Shown in pieces: positions 18,820 through 26,863 of a stretch of 26,863 bases of DNA. Every line of letters starts with the position of its first letter. Position 1 is the stretch's first letter. Origin of the DNA: an uncultured Planctomycetaceae bacterium (lineage in GTDB: Bacteria; Planctomycetota; Planctomycetia; Pirellulales; Thermoguttaceae). The stretch is from assembly GCA_964518805.1 (NCBI GenBank), contig CAZFKF010000001.1, positions 1-26,863 of the forward strand, given 5' to 3'. The notes under the pieces are model-generated. The model saw only the letters and a list, made by a program, of their open reading frames with translations, did no database searches and had not been told where the DNA came from. Position numbers and translations under genes: made by a program.

Positions 18820-19104
18820 ACGGATATCTTGCACGCATTCTCGCCGTGTCGGCTGGCAGACCGCGTGATTCCGTAGTGCGAGCGCGAGCCCTTGGGCGAT
18901 TCAACGGGCTGAAGTCCGCACCACAAACCTGCCGCCCGATGCAACCCCGCATCCGACCCCCGGCGCTGGCCATGCTCTACGCCGCCCGATCTTCATTTCC
19001 GTGGGGACGCCCCGGCGTTCCATTTCACGGGCTTGAAGTCTTCGATTATCGCGACGCGTGTTAAGAATTGATGGGCGGTCGGGCAGAATTCGGTCTTCTT
19101 GGCG

Positions 19105-19491
19105 CTAGAAATCGCCTTCCGGTGCGTTAGAAGCGGTGGGCATGGCAGACGAGGGGGAATGCGCCGCGCTGGGGCGCTCGAGATTCTTCGCGTATTTCAT
19201 GACTCGCGTACCATGGGCCAAGACGTGTCCGTTGGGCTCGATGACAACCTCGATTTGTCTCTCGCCGTCGATCCACATCCACCTGGCGTCCAGGGATGGA
19301 CCTGCGATACGACATTCTGTCGGATCCCCAAGCAACTCCACCAGATCCTCCCTCTTCATGTCGGAGCGGATCTTGTCGAAATTACGCTGAGTCACCTTGC
19401 TGGCGCCCTCCTCCTCCGGGGCGCAACCGCCGACCAACACGACCAGCATGGCGAGGCAACCGAGATACTGACGAAATCCAATGGAAACCAT
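19105..19491 (-). CDS. Small lipoprotein, SmpA/OmlA (BamE)-like or DUF3862-like, 128 aa
   Basis: Signal peptide ending in lipobox VGG|C; VTQRNFDKIRSDMKREDLVELLGDP resembles the 'I..GM...EV..LLG.P' motif. Confidence 0.7.
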   Translation of the reverse strand: MVSIGFRQYLGCLAMLVVLVGGCAPEEEGASKVTQRNFDKIRSDMKREDLVELLGDPTECRIAGPSLDARWMWIDGERQIEVVIEPNGHVLAHGTRVMKYAKNLERPSAAHSPSSAMPTASNAPEGDF

Positions 19492-19608
19492 GGGCAGACT
19501 TTCCTGGCGGAGGGAAACGGATTACGACCTTGGCGGAGACGGCTGTGCGAGAGGGCTCAGCGGCCCCTCCCCTTTCCACGCCTTGCTCTGCTTCACGGAT
19601 TCTCCGGC

Positions 19609-20769
19609 CTATGGATTCGGGATCGCTGGCGTGGGCGGTTTGGCTTTCAAATCCCAGCAACTGAAGAACTCGTCGGGCGGTAGCTCGACGATGTCGCTGG
19701 TGAAGCCGCCGTTGCCGCCGGGGAAACCGTTGTTCAGCAGCCCGTCCTTGTTGGTGTCGATCACGGTGCGCACGCCACCGTCGGCGAACAGCACATTGCA
19801 CCCCCCGCGATGCACCGGACCGAATTCCCGATAGTCTTGAAGCGTCTGGTTGTTCCAGATGGCCCACCAGCCGTCCGCGCCCGTGCGCGGCGTTCCCGCG
19901 GCCGGCGACGGCGCCACCAGGGTCGTCTTCAGCACCGGGCCTCGCGTCGTCGGTCGCACGGCGGGCGCATCTCGAAGCGACGCGATGTCCGCGTTCAACG
20001 AACCGCTCGGCGACCCGCACCCCATGAGCGGTACAAAACAACTGGACGACTTGGCAACGTCTGCCTGGGCCCGCGGCAACGGCCCCTGCGTACTGTGGAT
20101 CGACAACAACGAGGCTTCGCATCCCGCCTTGTCCGTCTTGAGTTGGCCCGAGTCGTTCAGCACCACAGCCGAACGGACCAGGAGCCAACTCGGCGTGTAA
20201 TTCGTATTGAAGTGCTTGTCGTAGATCAGTTTCTGCACGACGAAGACGCGTCCGGCACTGCCCGGTGCCATGTCCGCGATGGTGCGGCACGGGTTGGTGA
20301 TCGGGCTCCCGTCGGGCGCCGTCTCAGAGGGGCTGCCGCGGTAGTCGATGCAATCGCCGGGGGTCGGCGCTGGCACGGCGAAGTTCACCAGATCGTTGAA
20401 TGTCTCGCTGATCTGCGCGGGATTGGACGGGCACAGCATTTTTCCCAGGGCATAGCCTTGGGCGACCAAATCCGCCACCCAGCCTTTCTCGGTGACGCAA
20501 CCGTCGCGAACCCAGTCGAACGCCCCCGAGCACAACGTCCCGTGCGTTGTGGCGTGCGATGAAAGCCCGACGCCGATCTGCTTCAGGTTCATCTGGCACG
20601 CGCTGGAACGCGCAGTCTCCCGAGCGGAGTTGAGCGCCGGCATCAGGATCGCCGCCAGCAACGTCAAGATCGTGATGACGACCAGCACCTCGATCAGCGT
20701 CATCGCTCTCCGCACGGCAAGCCTCGCCGCGCCGGGAGCCCTCATGTCGATGCGATGCAATCCAACCAT
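19609..20769 (-). CDS. DUF1559 family prepilin-like protein (pilin C), 386 aa
   Basis: RRA|MTLIEVLVVITILTLLAAILMPA; ACQMNLKQ, LCPSNP, HRGGCNVLFADG; GAGGAG lies 6 nt before the ATG at 20769. Confidence 0.92.
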   Translation of the reverse strand: MVGLHRIDMRAPGAARLAVRRAMTLIEVLVVITILTLLAAILMPALNSARETARSSACQMNLKQIGVGLSSHATTHGTLCSGAFDWVRDGCVTEKGWVADLVAQGYALGKMLCPSNPAQISETFNDLVNFAVPAPTPGDCIDYRGSPSETAPDGSPITNPCRTIADMAPGSAGRVFVVQKLIYDKHFNTNYTPSWLLVRSAVVLNDSGQLKTDKAGCEASLLSIHSTQGPLPRAQADVAKSSSCFVPLMGCGSPSGSLNADIASLRDAPAVRPTTRGPVLKTTLVAPSPAAGTPRTGADGWWAIWNNQTLQDYREFGPVHRGGCNVLFADGGVRTVIDTNKDGLLNNGFPGGNGGFTSDIVELPPDEFFSCWDLKAKPPTPAIPNP

Positions 20770-21368
20770 CGCGTTCTCCTCAATACTGCGTACGACGCGC
20801 GCGGGCGCGCCACCGTTGCTGACGGTACCTCATTGGCACCCTCTATGTCATTATGCAAGCGCACGTTATTGATTCGTGTGCAGCGTGTTGTTTCTCGGTT
20901 AGTGTTTCATGAATCTCCACGGTCTCCGGCAGAATGCGTGGATCAGCAAGAACTGAAAAAGATCCGCCTCGGGGAGTTGGAGGTCCAAGGCGACTCCCGG
21001 CCAACGACGAGCCGGCCTGTTTGCTTCGGCCGCGCGAGCGCGATGCGGCGGGTAGTGTGGCTGCTATGGGGGATTATTGCCATTGAGATGAGCTTTCGAT
21101 GGGCATCGTGTTAGATGTCCAATCACGAGACTCGCGGTTGCCGGAATTGTTAAGTGGATATGTCGTGCGAGTTAATTGTTGGCGATTTCGCCCCAACGAG
21201 CGGTTTATCGGCTTGCCGGTTCGTAGGGCGGCCGGTCTAATCGGGGCAGGACGGAGGCGTCGCGCCAAGGGCGAGCACTGCCGCGCTAAGCCGAGTGAGT
21301 TGCATCTTCATCGGCCGCGTTCGGTCGCAGGATGAAGACACTTAACGAGGAGTCGGGAGTCGCAGACC

Positions 21369-22762
21369 ATGCTTCAGCAAGCTGCGCGAGGAAGAAGCCC
21401 ACGGGCAGTCATACCGCCCTCGCGAAAGCCCGCCCGAAAGTCGAGGCGTTGGTGGGGCCTTGCGATTCCGGTGGTGCTGCTTCTCGCCGCGGGTGGCTAT
21501 TTCCTCATGCCCAGCGGTCGCGGGAGCCCCGCGGCGGCGAAAGCCGAGCCGAAATCCGCCCCGAAACCGGCGGCCGCGAAGACGCCCGATCCGCCGCCGA
21601 CTCCGCGAGCCGATGCGAACGCTTCCGCCATGGGCGCCAACCCCGCGGACAAAGCCGGCGACCCTCCGGCAGGGGCCGTCGCGCTCTCGAAGAGTGGCGA
21701 TCCGCCCCAACCGCCGCCCCAGCCTCCGGCCGTCGAGATCGGCATTGCCTACGGCACAGAGAAACGAACCTGGCTGGAATGGGCCGTCCAGGAGTTCGGA
21801 ACCACGGAAGAGGGAAAGCGAATTCGGATCAAGCTGATCCCCATGGGCTCGCTGGAAGGCGCGCACGCGATCGTCGATGGAGACAAGACGATTCACGTCT
21901 GGTCGCCCGCCAGCAGCCTCTACCGAGAGACCTTCGTGCGCGACTGGAAGGCGCGGCAACAGGGGACCAACCCCATCGCCAGAGCGGAGAACCTTGCCTT
22001 GACTCCCATGGCGATTGTGATGTGGCAGGAACGTTACGACGCCTTCACGGCCAGGTGTCCCGAGGTCTCGCTGCGGACGATCAAGTTTGCCTTGGAGGCG
22101 AAGACGGGTTGGGAGCACATCGCCGGAAGGACGAGTGGGGGCATTTCAAGTTCGGGCACACCCACCCGAACCAATCGAACTCGGGCCTGATGACTCTGAT
22201 CCTGCTGGCCTACGAATTTGAAGAGAAGACGGCCGACTTGACGGTCGGCGAGGTGATGTCGCGGGACTTCCAGAAGCGTTTGGCCGGCTTTGAGCGGGCG
22301 GTGACCGGGCTGTCGAACTCGACGGGCAACATGATGAAGGAGATGGTCGCCAAGGGGCCGACCGGCTACGACGCGCTGATGGTCTACGAGTCCGTGGCCA
22401 TCGACTTTCTCAAAATTGCCCAAGGGCGGTGGGGGCAGTTGCATGTCGTCTATCCCAAATTCAACATGTGGAACGAAAATCCGTACTACATCCTCAACGT
22501 GCCTTGGTCGACGATCGAGCACCAGAAGGCGGCGGAGGCGTTCCTCAAGTTCTTGATGAGCGATCCCGCCCAAGCGCGGGCCTTGGACCATGGTTTCCGG
22601 CCGGGGAACCCTAAGGTGCCCATCCGGTTTCCCCAGAGCCCCTTCGTTCGCTACGAACCCAATGGACTGAGTGTCGAGTTGCCCGCCGTCTGCCAGGTGC
22701 CGTCACCCGAAGTCATCGAGAATCTCCTCTATAGCTGGGTCCGCAACGCCGTGCCGCGCTGA
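21369..22762 (+). pseudogene. Membrane-anchored extracellular solute-binding protein (family usually linked to vWA domains), frameshifted near 22128
   Basis: The 21369 frame encodes TM, Pro linker and VEIGIAYGTEKRTWLEW up to GWEHIAG. The continuation DEWGHFKFGHTHPNQSNSG to the stop at 22762 is in another frame. One added base restores a ~464 aa protein colinear with the downstream paralog. Confidence 0.82.
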
Positions 22763-22773
22763 GAGGTGAGACC

Positions 22774-24756
22774 ATGAGCGACCGACCGGCAACCGATGCG
22801 TACCATCGCTGGCTGGGAATTCCCCCGGAGGAACAACCGCCGGACCATTATCGCTTGCTGGGCCTGGAACGCCTTGAAGACGATCCCCGAGTGATCGAGC
22901 AACGCAGCGACGAGCGCATGCGTTTGGTGAACGGCTACCGCCGCGGTCCTCACGTCAAGGTGTGCGACCAGATCCTGCAACACATTAAGGTCGCGAGGGC
23001 CTGCCTGTTGAACCCTTCGTTGAAAGCCGCGTACGATCGAACCTTGAAGCCGCCGGCGTCAGCGGACCATGGCGACGACCAGGACAACTGGTTCGATTCC
23101 GAAGGAGGCTTCGTTGCGGCAGGGCGCTCTTCGGTCGATCCGGCCGAGACCGAAGGACGCGGTGCCGCGCCCGAGGCCAATCGCGTGCGGGACATCGCCG
23201 CCTCGCGCAGCGGCAAGCCGAAGGATCGCCCGTCGGAGCGTCCCGCTCCTCGAATGGCGGACTCCGCTTCGCATCGGTCCGCCGACCCGGCGCTCGCCAC
23301 TTGGCTGCCTGAAGACGCAGGTTATGAACTGTTGCCGCCACAGAATGGCGACGGGCTGGCAGAGGATGAGACGGCGATTTCGGCTGAGGCTGCCGTCCCT
23401 GAGGACAGCGAAGATCCTTCGGAAAACGACTCCGCTCCTGATGGCCGAGAGACGCCGCGGTCGAACAAACGGAGGGCGTTTCTCCTTGGATTTGTGGGAA
23501 CGACGGCTGTCATCGCCGTCGGAATTGCGTTTTGGACGGGATGGCTGCCCGCGGTGCCCAGCGAACGGCTCATGGGCGAATCGAGGAAGTCGTCCGAGCC
23601 GCTCGTTCCCCGAGCCAGCGCCGAACGGCCAGTGCCGAAGCCGACGACGCGCCCCCCGGACGCGCCTCGCGCCGAGGTCCCCAACGCCATGGCGACGTCG
23701 GTCACGGCGATAGCCCCGCAGGCAGGCGTTGAGATTGGCGTGGCCTACGGAACCGAAAAGCGATACTGGCTTGAATGGGCCGTTAAGGAATTCGCCGCCA
23801 GCCAAGAGGGGAAGGCTGTCCGAGTGAACTTGATTCCCATGGGTTCGCTGGAGGGCGCGCACGCCGTGATCGACGGCGACAAGCGGATTCACGTCTGGAC
23901 CCCGGCCAGCAGTCTCTATCGCGAAACGTTCGTCAGGGACTGGAAGGCCCGGCGGCTGGGCGACCCGATCGCCAAGCAAGAAGTGTTGGCGCTCACGCCG
24001 ATGCTGATCGTGATGTGGAAACAACGCTACGAAGCCTTCGCGGCCCGAGCGCCGGACTTCTCGTTCAAGACCTTGGCGTTTGCGATGGGGACGCCCGAAG
24101 GATGGGGACGAATCGCCGGCAGGCCGGAATGGGGGCGATTCAAGCTGGGCCATACGCACCCCAATCAATCCAACTCGGGATTGATGACGCTCGTCATCCT
24201 TGCCTACGAGTATACGGACAAGGACGCAGGGCTGACGGTGAGCGACGTGATGTCGCAGAACTTCCAGGACTTCGTCGGCCGGTTCGCGCAACGGGTTCAC
24301 GGATTCTCGAACTCCACGGGCAACCTGATGAAGGAAATGGTTCTCAAGGGACCGTCGAGCTACGATGCGTTGGTGGTCTACGAGTCGGTTGCCGTCGAAT
24401 TCCTCACCAGTGCCGAGGGCCGGTGGGAGCAACTCCAGATCATCTATCCGCGACACAACCTTTGGAGCGACAACCCGTACTATATCCTCAACACGCCATG
24501 GTCGACCCCAGAGCACCGGAACGCGGCCGAGGCCTTTCTGCGTTTCCTGACGGGCGAAGCCGCCCAGAAGAAGGCTCTCGAACACGGCTTCCGTCCGGGA
24601 AATCCGAAAGTGCCGGTCAAAGGGCCACAAAGTCCGCTGGCGCGCTACGAGAAGTACGGCCTGAAGATCGATTTGCCGGAAGTCTGCCAAGTGCCGTCGG
24701 CCGACGTTCTGGACAACCTGCTTCAGAGTTGGATTCGCGCGACGTCACCCCAATGA
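22774..24756 (+). CDS. J-like domain / TM / solute-binding domain protein, 660 aa
   Basis: N-terminal AYHRWLGIPPEEQPPDHYRLLGL...CLLNPSLKAAYD; acidic linker; TM AFLLGFVGTTAVIAVGIAFW; C-terminal VEIGVAYGTEKRYWLEW...HTHPNQSNSG...HGFRPGNP. GAGGTG ribosome-binding site. Confidence 0.88.
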   Translation: MSDRPATDAYHRWLGIPPEEQPPDHYRLLGLERLEDDPRVIEQRSDERMRLVNGYRRGPHVKVCDQILQHIKVARACLLNPSLKAAYDRTLKPPASADHGDDQDNWFDSEGGFVAAGRSSVDPAETEGRGAAPEANRVRDIAASRSGKPKDRPSERPAPRMADSASHRSADPALATWLPEDAGYELLPPQNGDGLAEDETAISAEAAVPEDSEDPSENDSAPDGRETPRSNKRRAFLLGFVGTTAVIAVGIAFWTGWLPAVPSERLMGESRKSSEPLVPRASAERPVPKPTTRPPDAPRAEVPNAMATSVTAIAPQAGVEIGVAYGTEKRYWLEWAVKEFAASQEGKAVRVNLIPMGSLEGAHAVIDGDKRIHVWTPASSLYRETFVRDWKARRLGDPIAKQEVLALTPMLIVMWKQRYEAFAARAPDFSFKTLAFAMGTPEGWGRIAGRPEWGRFKLGHTHPNQSNSGLMTLVILAYEYTDKDAGLTVSDVMSQNFQDFVGRFAQRVHGFSNSTGNLMKEMVLKGPSSYDALVVYESVAVEFLTSAEGRWEQLQIIYPRHNLWSDNPYYILNTPWSTPEHRNAAEAFLRFLTGEAAQKKALEHGFRPGNPKVPVKGPQSPLARYEKYGLKIDLPEVCQVPSADVLDNLLQSWIRATSPQ

Positions 24757-26411
24757 CAGGTGGCACGAACATGCGGGATCAACCTTCGCAGGACGAGCGG
24801 CGCGGCGCCGCCCGGGTTTTGTGCCCGGGCTGTTCGCACCCGCTGCGCCTTGTCCCGTCGCTCAGCGGCCGGCGTATTCGTTGCCTGGGGTGCCGCAGCA
24901 TCCTGGTCGTGGAAGCATCGGGCGCAGACCCCGCGTCGTGGAAGTGCACGCTGGTCGGCGACGCCGACGGCCGGCTGCAACTCTGCCCGGAATGCGGCGC
25001 CCGATTCCGGCTGGTCCCGCGGCTTCACGGACGCCGCGTGCGCTGCAAGGGCTGCCAGACCGTGCTGCGGGTCTCGGCGAAGCCCTGGAGTCTATCACCC
25101 GTACTACTTAAGAAGGCCAAACCAGACGAGGTCGCAACGGCCTCCGAACCGGCGAAGCGTCGCAACGCGAATGTCGCTCACGATCGCCCCGCCGTGCGGC
25201 TCTTTTCCGCGGAAGGAAGCGGCGGTCGGCCCGCGGGCCACGGATCCAACGACCAGGCAGCCGCGGCACCCCCAAGCGATGCAGCCCGGGGCGTCCTTGA
25301 ACCGAACGTGGCGTCTATCGAACACGATGGCGAGGAGGTAAAGAATGCCGATCCCGGGGAAGGCCAACCGGACGACAAGCCGGCGATCTCCGATCCTCCT
25401 GCGCCGCGCCCCCTGTGGACGCTCGCGAAATCCGAAAAGCGAATACCGTCGCGAGGCCTGACGGGGAGGGGGGCCACGGTCGCGGCAGCCGCGATTGCCG
25501 TGGTGCTCTTGGGACTTTCGACCGTTGGGGCTTTGGCCGTTGGGGCATGGTGGCTTCTGTTTCCCGTCTCCGTGCCCCCTCAGGCCCGATACCTGCCCGA
25601 CGATTGCGACCGATTCACTTCGATCGATTGGCAGCGATGCGTTGCCGGCGGAATGCTCAATGCCCCCAAGGAAATGCCGGAAGCCGGCCTGATGGAGCGT
25701 TGCCGGATGTTCCTCGCCAACGCAGAGCTGCCCAACGAGGCTGTCGAGCGGATTAATGCCGGACGCGCCGCGGACGGAACGGGCATGGTCGTCGCGTATT
25801 TCCTCAACCGTCCGGTCCAGCCCGAGGAGGTTTTTGAGAAGCGAGCATTTCGAGGCTCCGGCAAAAGGAGCTATGCCCCGGAGAGGATCGGCGGCGTTAC
25901 GGTCTACGTCTACCAGACCGTAGCCGTTGCCTTTCCGGAGCCGCAGGTCGTTCTGACCGGCGACCTGTTCGCAATTCGCAAGATCCTCACGCGATGGTCG
26001 AAGACCGTGCGTGAATCCATGAAGCCGCTCCTCGACAGCGTGGAGTTCTCCGCGCCAGCCGTCTCGCTCAGCGCCGTCGCCCCCAGAACGCTGTTGAACA
26101 CGCACCTCCAGGACTGCAAACACCTGGAATCCGCGATCACCGGAACGATCGACCTGCTGGAATTCGGGGAGACGATGCGGATCGTACGGCTCGTTCGCGT
26201 TGCGGACCCGTCGGCGGCCGAGACCATCCGGCGCTCCTTGAAGCGTTCGCTAACCGCAGCGGCCGCCAAGCCGCGGGTCCCCGAGTCAGTCCGCAAGGTG
26301 CTGACCTCGGTCGAGGTTGCCGAAGCCGACGGCGGCGTGAAGCTGACGGTGACTCTGCGAAGAGGCGAACTCACCAGTCCGGTGCTGTCGAGCCTCTCCG
26401 GATTGTTCTGA
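24753..26411 (+). CDS. Zinc-ribbon (MJ0042-like) bitopic membrane protein, ~550 aa
   Basis: CPGC/CLGC and CPEC/CKGC pairs, disordered linker, TM, then an extracellular domain starting RYLPDDC. Start is 24753 (ATGA overlap with the upstream stop) or 24771 (AGGTGG upstream), not 24015. Confidence 0.78.
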   Translation: MTGGTNMRDQPSQDERRGAARVLCPGCSHPLRLVPSLSGRRIRCLGCRSILVVEASGADPASWKCTLVGDADGRLQLCPECGARFRLVPRLHGRRVRCKGCQTVLRVSAKPWSLSPVLLKKAKPDEVATASEPAKRRNANVAHDRPAVRLFSAEGSGGRPAGHGSNDQAAAAPPSDAARGVLEPNVASIEHDGEEVKNADPGEGQPDDKPAISDPPAPRPLWTLAKSEKRIPSRGLTGRGATVAAAAIAVVLLGLSTVGALAVGAWWLLFPVSVPPQARYLPDDCDRFTSIDWQRCVAGGMLNAPKEMPEAGLMERCRMFLANAELPNEAVERINAGRAADGTGMVVAYFLNRPVQPEEVFEKRAFRGSGKRSYAPERIGGVTVYVYQTVAVAFPEPQVVLTGDLFAIRKILTRWSKTVRESMKPLLDSVEFSAPAVSLSAVAPRTLLNTHLQDCKHLESAITGTIDLLEFGETMRIVRLVRVADPSAAETIRRSLKRSLTAAAAKPRVPESVRKVLTSVEVAEADGGVKLTVTLRRGELTSPVLSSLSGLF

Positions 26412-26464
26412 CCGGATACTTGCCGGAGATGCCCATCCACATGATAGCATCGGCGTTCTTTCGT

Positions 26465-26863
26465 TTATCCGTCAACCGTATCGGGGTAGCCCAGACGCAC
26501 GACATAGCTCATGAGGATTCGTCCGTCGGGCAGAAGGATCAGGCTGGGATGGTGCCGCCCCCATTCGTAAAGAGTTTTGAGAGCGGACCATGTCTTGCCT
26601 TGATCTTTGGAAATGGAAATCCCGAGGCCGCTGTAGTGATCGAAAGCGGTGTGGGCGAACCGCCGCGGGTTGTCGGTGCGACACGCCGCCAGCCAATCGC
26701 CGTTACGGGCAATCAACATACTGACCTCGTTGACGCCGAGCCATTGCGGCACTTTCTCCGCCGTGCTCCACGTCTGGCACTCATCCGTGGTCCAGCGGAA
26801 GAAGGCTTGCGAGTAGGGGGCCGCTGCGGAGCCCCATGGAACACCCGTCGGCTTCCAGCAGCC
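26465..26863 (-). CDS. BNR/Asp-box (sialidase-like) beta-propeller protein, 3' part only
   Basis: Open from the right edge: ...RWTTDECQTW...NEVSML...WLAACRT...ISISKDQGKTW...HHPSLILLPDGRILMSY; two Asp-box-type motifs. Confidence 0.75.
   Translation of the reverse strand, partial: GCWKPTGVPWGSAAAPYSQAFFRWTTDECQTWSTAEKVPQWLGVNEVSMLIARNGDWLAACRTDNPRRFAHTAFDHYSGLGISISKDQGKTWSALKTLYEWGRHHPSLILLPDGRILMSYVVRLGYPDTVDG

Noticed and set aside
18407-19104. Known riboswitch (c-di-GMP, c-di-AMP), tRNA or small CDS in the large gap
   Set aside because: I could not match conserved cores or a cloverleaf by eye, and the small ORFs lack features; an Rfam scan is needed to exclude this formally.
20834-20850. 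TTGGCAC as a sigma54 -24 box on the plus strand
   Set aside because: The -12 position reads GT, not GC, and it lies about 520 bp from the nearest same-strand start.
21332-22130. N-terminal part of the 476 aa ORF 21332-22762 as a real protein
   Set aside because: The first ~265 codons are Arg-rich off-frame translation; only the part after the frameshift matches the paralog.
24015-24752. Extended start of the 798 aa ORF
   Set aside because: Overlaps 740 nt of the solute-binding gene in another frame; plausible starts exist at 24753 and 24771.
26412-26467. Possible premature truncation of the Asp-box gene after ...YPDTVDG
   Set aside because: The ending looks abrupt, but no Asp-box-like continuation appears in any frame after the TAA and I cannot compare homologue lengths; unresolved.
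1-26863. CRISPR arrays, IS elements/transposases, integrases, rRNA
   Set aside because: No regularly spaced repeats, terminal inverted repeats, recombinase motifs or rRNA-like sequence were seen.

Overview
High-GC bacterial DNA with planctomycete hallmarks (DUF1559 prepilin-like genes with the H-X9-DG motif, DUF1573, PQQ-type beta-propeller, planctomycete J-like N-terminal domain); a Pirellulales-like origin is an inference. Positions 1-20769 form one co-oriented minus-strand block. In transcription order it holds DUF1559 pilin C, a small lipoprotein, a ~700 bp gap, DUF1559 pilin B, TMTC-like GT-C/TPR protein 2, a membrane/spermidine-synthase-like fusion split by one in-frame TAG, TMTC-like protein 1, DUF1559 pilin A, a beta-propeller, DUF1573, a 724 aa orphan, a double-zinc-ribbon/PilM-like fusion, and a Wzm/Wzt-type ABC exporter (partial). 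The best candidate for an undescribed system is this block, read as a type IV pilin-like assembly locus with its own glycosylation and modification machinery. Notable details are a PilN-type INLLP motif in cis before the PilM domain, paired cysteine loss in one pilin, a DD-to-DG change in one glycosyltransferase, and GGA-rich leaders. After a ~600 bp divergent intergenic region, the plus strand carries two paralogous membrane-anchored solute-binding proteins (the first frameshifted, the second fused to a J-like domain) and a zinc-ribbon membrane protein. The window ends with the 3' end of a convergent Asp-box (BNR/sialidase-like) gene. No rRNA, tRNA, CRISPR array or mobile element was recognised. 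Family assignments come from motif recognition; no database searches were run.
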